Of a stretch of 25,733 nucleotides of DNA, positions 1 through 7,600 are shown piece by piece. The notes beneath the pieces were generated by a model that saw nothing but the letters and a program-made list of their open reading frames with translations, was not told the DNA's origin and did not search any database. Location of the stretch: positions 1 to 25,733 of the IMG/VR virus record IMGVR_UViG_3300020044_003610; one strand, written 5' to 3'. Position numbers and translations under genes: made by a program. Each line of letters begins with the position of its first letter. Within the stretch, counting starts at the first letter, position 1. The stretch is from a virus (Duplodnaviria; Caudoviricetes).

Positions 1-1655
1 TTATCAATAATAGATGCGCCCCAGCCAGCGGGGTAGATTGAGCACATCACGCCTAAAGAAGTGTCACCCTGATCCATCCTACCATTGACATCTAGCCCAC
101 GAATATCGCCGCCCGTACCAACCTGATAAGCAATAAACGCGGCCGGTTCTCGCGTTTGCATTGAAATCATATCATCGCCCGGATAACCGTTCGCTCTCTC
201 TACTTGTCCATTAAATGCGGGGCCATAGATTTTTAATAGGTCTGACTGCAACGCATAACCACGCAACCTTGTTAATTTATAATCAAGCACCCCTTGAACA
301 CAAAACCCGTATTTTTTAGTATTGCGCGCTTCTATATTGTCTAACTTAAGACCACGAACCCCCGAAAAATAAATTGCTAACAAGTCAGGTGACTGTGTGC
401 CAGATGTGTTGTTTGCAACATTCCAATCAAACACCCCACCCGTAACCGTGATGTTTACATTCGCCCGTTTAATTCTCACGGCTCCGACAGGATTGGCTAC
501 AGGTAGTGCCCGCAAACGGATATGAAAATCATTGGCGTTATCGACTTTTATTACTGTGAATACACCGTTGTATACAGAAGAGCTCTCGCAATCTAAATAC
601 ACGGCATCGCCAACACTAAGCCCGTTTGCTGGCCACGTTATCAGCGCTTTCATTGTGCCAGCCGTCCAGTAAACATTGCCCGTAATCGTAGCCCATGGCG
701 CTTTTAACGCTGAATTGACCAATAGTGATTTGTTTATCGCGGACGCCTGCTTAACCACACAAAGCGGGGATATTGTTAAATTTGTGTTGTCCTTAATTTG
801 TAGCGTGTCGTTTATCAAATAGCCCGCTTTAGGGCTCCAATGAATACTGCCTTTTGCATCTAGGCATTTTTGAACCGCAGCAGTGTCAATAGCAGATAAG
901 TCGCCAATAGCCCCAAACATTTCCGGCGTAGCTGTATCGTAATCAACTCTCTTTAAATAAAACCCACCCAAGCAATTCTTTTGCGTTCCACTATCATCAG
1001 TAACCGACCCCACAAACGCCATTAGCGTTCCACCACCTAGGCCGCCGGATGTGTGCTGAGCTAGGGTGAATAACTGGCCTGCGTTAGTCGGTGTTACCGT
1101 ACTTATGTCTGCCCACGTATCTATTTTCTGTGTTATCAAACTGGTATCAAATGCGTTCGGGTCTATAGTTTCAATGGCTGCGTTCTCAACCGCATCACCA
1201 GCCGCATTCCAGCGTAGTAAACCCAATGGTGATGGTGTTAGTTCAGGCATCACACCGTTGCTGTCACTGAGTGGCAGGCGTAACCCGCGACCTTGGATAT
1301 CTTCAAGCTGCTGGATCAACATTGTCTGTTTATCAAACGCATCTTCATGGGTGTCTGGGTAGAAACCACCCTGACTATCGAAGTCGGTGAGCTGTTCGGC
1401 TGAGTAGTTGGAGCGAATATAAATCTCATCGCCGGACGCGGGTGCAGTGACCATCACCACGTTACCACCCCCATCGATACCCGTACCCGTTACTGAGTAG
1501 TGGGTGCCGAGGGTGAGTGTTGACTGTGATGTACCGACCGTTTGATACACGATGACGTTCTCATCATTGAACGCTTTGAACGTGTAGGGAAAGCTAGTAG
1601 TTACACCGTTGCCTGTGTATGGACCGGATGTGATAGATGTGGTGTTTACAGTCAT
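1..1655 (-). CDS. Tailspike/tail fibre (3' end beyond window): T7 gp17-like N-terminal tail-attachment domain followed by a pectin-lyase-like beta-helix, probable depolymerase
   Basis: Absent from the ORF track because there is no stop inside the window. Manual translation from ATG at 1655 (SD GAGGTT at 1666-1661) gives MTVNTTSITSGPYTGNGVTTSFPYTFKAF...QLTDFDSQGGFYPDTHEDAFDKQTMLIQQL (gp17-like adaptor). It continues GGLGGGTLMAFVGSVTDDSG...YLKRV (tailspike N-proximal domain) and TPEMFGAIGDLSAIDTAAVQKCLD (typical beta-helix start motif). The frame stays open to the window edge, about 551 codons. Confidence 0.9.
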   Translation of the reverse strand, partial: MTVNTTSITSGPYTGNGVTTSFPYTFKAFNDENVIVYQTVGTSQSTLTLGTHYSVTGTGIDGGGNVVMVTAPASGDEIYIRSNYSAEQLTDFDSQGGFYPDTHEDAFDKQTMLIQQLEDIQGRGLRLPLSDSNGVMPELTPSPLGLLRWNAAGDAVENAAIETIDPNAFDTSLITQKIDTWADISTVTPTNAGQLFTLAQHTSGGLGGGTLMAFVGSVTDDSGTQKNCLGGFYLKRVDYDTATPEMFGAIGDLSAIDTAAVQKCLDAKGSIHWSPKAGYLINDTLQIKDNTNLTISPLCVVKQASAINKSLLVNSALKAPWATITGNVYWTAGTMKALITWPANGLSVGDAVYLDCESSSVYNGVFTVIKVDNANDFHIRLRALPVANPVGAVRIKRANVNITVTGGVFDWNVANNTSGTQSPDLLAIYFSGVRGLKLDNIEARNTKKYGFCVQGVLDYKLTRLRGYALQSDLLKIYGPAFNGQVERANGYPGDDMISMQTREPAAFIAYQVGTGGDIRGLDVNGRMDQGDTSLGVMCSIYPAGWGASIID

Positions 1656-1688
1656 GGTGTAACCTCGGCAATAATTGAGCCAATACTA

Positions 1689-4600
1689 TCATTGTTTTTT
1701 AACTGGTCCAATGACCAATTCGCGGAACGTTAAATCTTCACCTTCAGCAAGTACATTATACAAGTGCTCACCACTGTTCCATGCTTGACCTGTACCAGGT
1801 ATACCGAACGCGGCACCAGCGAGTTTGGTTACGTTCTTAATATCTCGTGCTGAAATATCTTCACCTTCCCACACACTATTCTGAATACCCGATGTACCGT
1901 CGATACCCTTAGCAATGACCGATGCAATTGGTGACATGGTGTAACCAAAATCAGTTGCTTTGGCATTAGCAGCATCACGCACCCCTGGTATTGATTGAAT
2001 CGGGAATAATGCGAGTTTTAACGCGAGTTTTTGAGCAATGGCCTCTTCATCGTCGTCACCAAAATCACCACGCAACAACATTTCAAACAGCACAGGTAAG
2101 GTGAAAAAGAACAACCCTTTAGCTGCGAGATCCACCGCGTTGTATTTACCCGACTTAGTACCTTTCACAATGTCACGCTCCAAGTTCCACAGTGATGAGA
2201 AGTAAGTCATAAACATGGTGAGCGAACGGTGCAACTCACCTTGATTGCGATACAGTGACGCCATGTCTTTAGTTAAACCTGAACCCTGTGCCTGTTCCAC
2301 GATCCAATCACCGTATTGGTAAGCGCGCTGCTCATCACCGTGTTCTTTCATTGCTTTAAGATAACCAGCGTACCAGCTTGGTAGATCCACCATGTAAAGC
2401 TGTATATAAGCAATGTGTTTCATCGATACTTCTTGCAACTTAGCAAGTTTACCCGACTTATTTTGCAGCTTACTCATTACATTTTGCATCTCGCGGTCAA
2501 AGCTCTCAGCACGGTGACTCAATGTTTTCGAGTTGTCGCGCGCAAACTCCCACGCACTTTTAATCGAGTCGGGTCCCGCAAGAATGGTGCGAAGCGCTTG
2601 GAGTGTGTTAGCTGCACCAGCTTCACCCATAGTGTTGAAGATACCCGATACTTGAAGCAAGCCAGTGGTGGCCTTGAACCCCATCACACCGAGTGTAGTG
2701 CCCATGCGCAACTTACCAAACGCTTTTTCAAGAAACGTTTTAGTCTTAGTTTCGTTACCGTCTTTTGCAATGTCATTTAACCACGGTTTAAGTTGTGCAA
2801 ATTCTTCAGCCCCCATGGTGGTTTTAATAGATTCAGCAATCGACTTATTGCGAATGAGTTTGTTGACCTCACGCACCGCATCATGGTGGGTGATGAAGTG
2901 AATCACCTCTTGGAAGTGGTTAGGTACTACATCCAAGCTAAAACGAATCGGTGCGTAGTATTTAGTACGCTCATTGGTGGCGCTCGCATTCACCGATGAC
3001 TGAATACTACCCGTAGTGCTGAACATCGACTCAGTGTTAGCGTTCAACCGTTCTTCGTTGAGCTCAGCTTTATGAGAACGGTTAGGGTCGTACTTCATAG
3101 GATAGTAACCACCGTTGAACGTACCGTAAGGTGTAACCACGGGTGTAGCTTCAACCTTCGGCGGGGTGAGTCCCGTGGTGCGACGGTGTACTTCAGCAAG
3201 TTGTGGGTACAGTTGGTCCATACGATCCCAGATAAGCTGTACCAGCTTCCAGTCGTTTTCATTCATATGCTTCAGTACAGCTTGCAACTTGGGGTTGTTG
3301 AAGGTTATCTCAGCATCATTTTCAGGATTCGCCCAACCCTCGCCCAGTAACATTTTACGAAGGTTGCCAGCGTTACCTGTGTTCAGCGCCACCGCTAATA
3401 TCTGGTGACCCCATAAATTACCGTCGTTCTCATCGTTCTTAATTTCAGGAATAAACACCTTTGCATTGTGGCGCTTCTTATCCGCTTTACTACGGTTCTC
3501 GATCGCCTTCATCACATCGTTGCCGATCTGTTTCCACAGCGCGACTTCAGCGTGCTTAGCGTCATTGAACGGCTGAACGAATACTTGGTGACTAAGACCT
3601 ATGCGCTCGCCGCCATCTAACCAGCTTGCGAGGTAGGGTATCTTGGTCATTTGACCCATGATCCAGCGACCATAGTTCTTACCATCCACCACAGTGGTGC
3701 GCTGCGCTTTGAAGCGTTGCGGCAATGCCGACCAGTGATCAACTAATTTATTGACCAGTTTCTTGAAGGTTATTTCTTCACCCATGCGCACCATTTTGTT
3801 TGAGTAGCGCGCAACGTGTTCAATATTCTTAACAGAATCCGAGACACCTTGCAGGTCGTTGTATTTCACATTTTTCCAATGGTCTTTGTAAAGCTCGTTC
3901 AACACCACTGGTGACAGTACCAAACCATCACCATCTACACTCATGCGCTCAGCAGCCCATGTGTTAATGTCTTGGTTGTGCTGCTCAACTGAGCTGAGTG
4001 TCGCTGACTTACGGAACTCAAAGCGTTCAAGAATCTTGACGATCTGCTCCCAGTAACCGTTCTCAGCCTTCATTATTTCTTCGCGCACTTCCTTCTTGTT
4101 GTAGCGACCCATGCTGTCAACAATCTTGGTGATATTGTTCTGTGCTGCGGTCGCTTCCATGGCGAGGAAGTAATTCATCACCTGGCGCGCCTTAGCTGCT
4201 GCGGCACCTTCCATATTACCTTTAGCAAACATTGACGCCGCTTCCATAGCCGCCTTGATCTCAGCGTTACGGTACTTGTTAGGGTGTATCTGGCGGTAGC
4301 TCAGCTTATCGATTGTTTCTTCAGCAAGACCACGGATGACTTCACGGTCGATACTGCGTTGACCACGGCTGAGAATCTTCAGCTCAGCAAGAATCAGGCG
4401 ACCGCGTTCTTCATTCTGCACTGCGTCATCAGCTTCCTTCTCAATGGAACCATCGTTCAAGATGTCGCCATGTCGTTCTAACATGATCGCTTCAGCACGA
4501 TCAGCAGCAGCATCACCAATTGGCTTAGCTTTGCTGATAGCGTCGATCATCTCAGCGCCAGAACCGTAACCAAAGAATGCAGCAGCCTCATCTGGGTGAA

Positions 4601-7600
4601 CACCAGTGGCACCCTTAGCGGTCATGTTGGTAAGTGCTGAAGGTATACGGGTTGAGGTGATGCCTCGTGCATCAGTTTTTTCAACACCGTAGAGTTCTTT
4701 TACAGTTGCATGATCGAGTTTGAAGTCACCATTGCGCAGGGTGTCGATTGCCTTGTACACCGGTAGTGCTTTCAGTGCAGTCAACTCAGTGTCGATGAGG
4801 TCTTGCTTTTCTTCTTTCCATGATTGCTTCTTGGTACGGGTGATCTGGGCGATTAACTTGTCGCGCAGTGTTTCAGTTGCAGCACCCTGTGTCTTCTCAA
4901 CTCGCTCTTTGTAAGCCGCGAACTCAGCTTCAGTCATGCCCGCAGCAGCCGCGTCTGTGAACAGTGGTGCGAATCTTGCACGAGCTTCAGCCATCTTGAT
5001 CTGTTCTTCAGTGGCGACCATGGTGTCGAGCACCTTACGCATCTCATTATCTAGCTTCACGTTCAGACCACGGATTGATTTATAAATCTCAACCATCCAC
5101 TGTGCCATGACGCGGAACACGTTGCGCAACTCGATAGAGGGTGACTTACCTTCCATGATGTATGCTTCCCACCCGCGCGCGAACTGCTCGTGAGTAGCTA
5201 CACGGATCGCAGTGTCAATATTCGCATCACCAGTAGTGCCGTTATCAAGATACAGGGTCACGTCACTGGGGGTGACTACCAACGCGGGGCGGGTGAAGTC
5301 TGGGGTTTGCTTAGCAATAACTTCATTGGCTTCTTTTGCAACATCCACCGCGTTACGTTTGAACCAGTTGTGAATACCACTTAGCTTTTTACCGTTTGAC
5401 TTCAGCTCCATCTCATACATGAAGTGGGCAAACTCATGCATAAACGTGGATAGGTTCGACGCTTCAGTTAAGCGGATGAGTGAGTTCGCGGGTTCGTAGT
5501 AGCCGCGTGATTGTTGTTTCAGAATACTTGAATCGTTAGGGTCAAATTGACCGTTGTTATCTATTGCTGATTTAATTTGGTTGGGGTTGAATACCGCGTA
5601 TATGTCACTAGGTTCTTGGTTGTAACCAGCACCCGACGTGGGGCTATCCTTTACATTTTTAAAAATTACACCATCGAAACCAAGGGTGCGTGCTAGTTTT
5701 GCAATACCATCAGTTTCTAATTGGACATTCTCAATACCAGGTATGTCGCCAAGTTTTTTACCATCAAGTGTGGTATCACTATTCGATATTTTTGGTGCAA
5801 TACTTCCTGTTGGATTTTCACCCATTAATTCGTCAAGTTCAGCATACAAAGTTGAAAGAATGACAGCTTCTTTGGACGATTGTTGTTTTAACTTATCAGG
5901 GACGGAACCATTAATAACCATACTAACGTCAAGTGTATTCCAACCCTTCCCCTCAACGTTTATGATTAGTGGTTTTTGAATACTGAGATAGGTGCTATAC
6001 ACCTTTTCACCGTATTGACTTGCTATTTGCTTACTGGAACTAAAGAATGCACCCCCGCGTGATCTGGTGTTAAAAACCTCAATAGATTCCCCATTTGAGT
6101 AAGCGTGCGCATTACTACCATGGTAAACAACCATCGGTTTACCGGCATCATCCACCACCTTACTGTCAGCAAACCAGCGCTTGAAATTATCAGACGCAGT
6201 GACATCATCACGACTCTTACTCAACGCTTCAGGTACAGCAAGCTCCATGCCACCCAGTACCACGATTGCTTCACTCATGGGGATGTCGGTATCAGTCGCT
6301 ATGGATCTTACACGCCGTTGTTCTGGGGTGAGCTTCAACCGAGCTTGGGTGATACGCGCTTCGATCTCACCACCAAGTGCCCTGTAAATATCGTATGGGG
6401 TTTTGAACTTGGTGACACCAGCCACCAATGCCGCGCGCTTAGCTTTACCTACCAACTCTTGACGGGGTTTCAGTAGCTCCTTAGCTTTGGTCGCTTCACG
6501 ACTAAGCGCCTTGATCATACCCGTCATGGTACGGGTGTCGTTCTCAAACATGGTGATCTGAGATTCAGGGATCTGCGACTTCAGGAACACACCAATGCTG
6601 AATGCAATATCACGTACTGCTTCTTGACGCTTTGGACCACTGCGAGGCATGTCATAGAACTTGCGTTGCAGGTCATTAGCTTCACGGTTACCACGGAACT
6701 TGTCGTCATAGATCCATTGCGATTCGTTCAGGATGTGACGGAACACACCGCTTGGTTTATCGCGGGTGGAGTATTCAATGAGGCGCTTGTAGGATTGGTA
6801 CATCAGCGCGTTGCGTGACAGCTCCGCAGCCTTGTCAACGGTCTTAAACTTCCACTGGTTGCGGTAGTCCCACGTATCCAGCTTGTTGGTCATGTCCGCA
6901 TCGAGGCGTTGTAATACCGACTTCACGTTATTCGCAAACGGTTTACTGTCGTTGCCGCCGCGCGCGAAATCTTCAAGCTCTTGAATAGCGTGTTGAAGCT
7001 CGTGCATTAGGGTTGATAGTTGTTCGCTTTCTGACATCGACTCATTAATGTTAATCGCATTTGCAGTAACACCATACGACCCGCGCTCACCATTACCCAT
7101 TGGTTGAAAATGCAGTTCAATATTGCGAAGTGAGGGGTATGCTTTGAATAGTGCAGAATGGTTCAGCATCCCACCAACGGTTTCATATTGGCGAGAGCGT
7201 ACAGCAACCGCATCAATTACTTCCTGACGTTGATCGTTTTCTTCTTTCGCAGGTAGACGCCCAAACGGTTTGTCGAATAGTTCATTTGAAACATCGTTGA
7301 GCATCTCAGCGTAAGTAGGGATCTGACTCGGCTTAACCGACCACTCAGCTTCATGGTCACTGATTTCATAGCGCCACTTACCATCCACCCCCATGAACCA
7401 ACCGGTGTCACGCTGGATCGCGTTGTTACCTAGACCCTGTTCGCGCATGTGTTTAGCACGATCAAGCTCAGCCATTGGCACGCCTTGTGCATTGATACCT
7501 ACGAACTGGTTGAAGATGTTACCCGTGGTGGTATCGAATGAACCCTTGTTGTTGACCGATTTAACTTGTTCAGGGAAGAATGCCACATAGATCATACTGT

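Noticed and set aside
1-1655. Diversity-generating retroelement, expected by analogy with BPP-1
   Set aside because: No reverse transcriptase or TR/VR repeat pair was seen in the window, and the receptor-binding protein looks like a beta-helix tailspike rather than an Mtd C-type lectin. Sequence beyond the left edge cannot be assessed.
1656-1688. Weak hairpin (TTGGC-N9-GCCGA on the minus strand) touching the tailspike SD
   Set aside because: Only 5 bp with a G-U pair and no U-tract; too weak to call a terminator or regulator.
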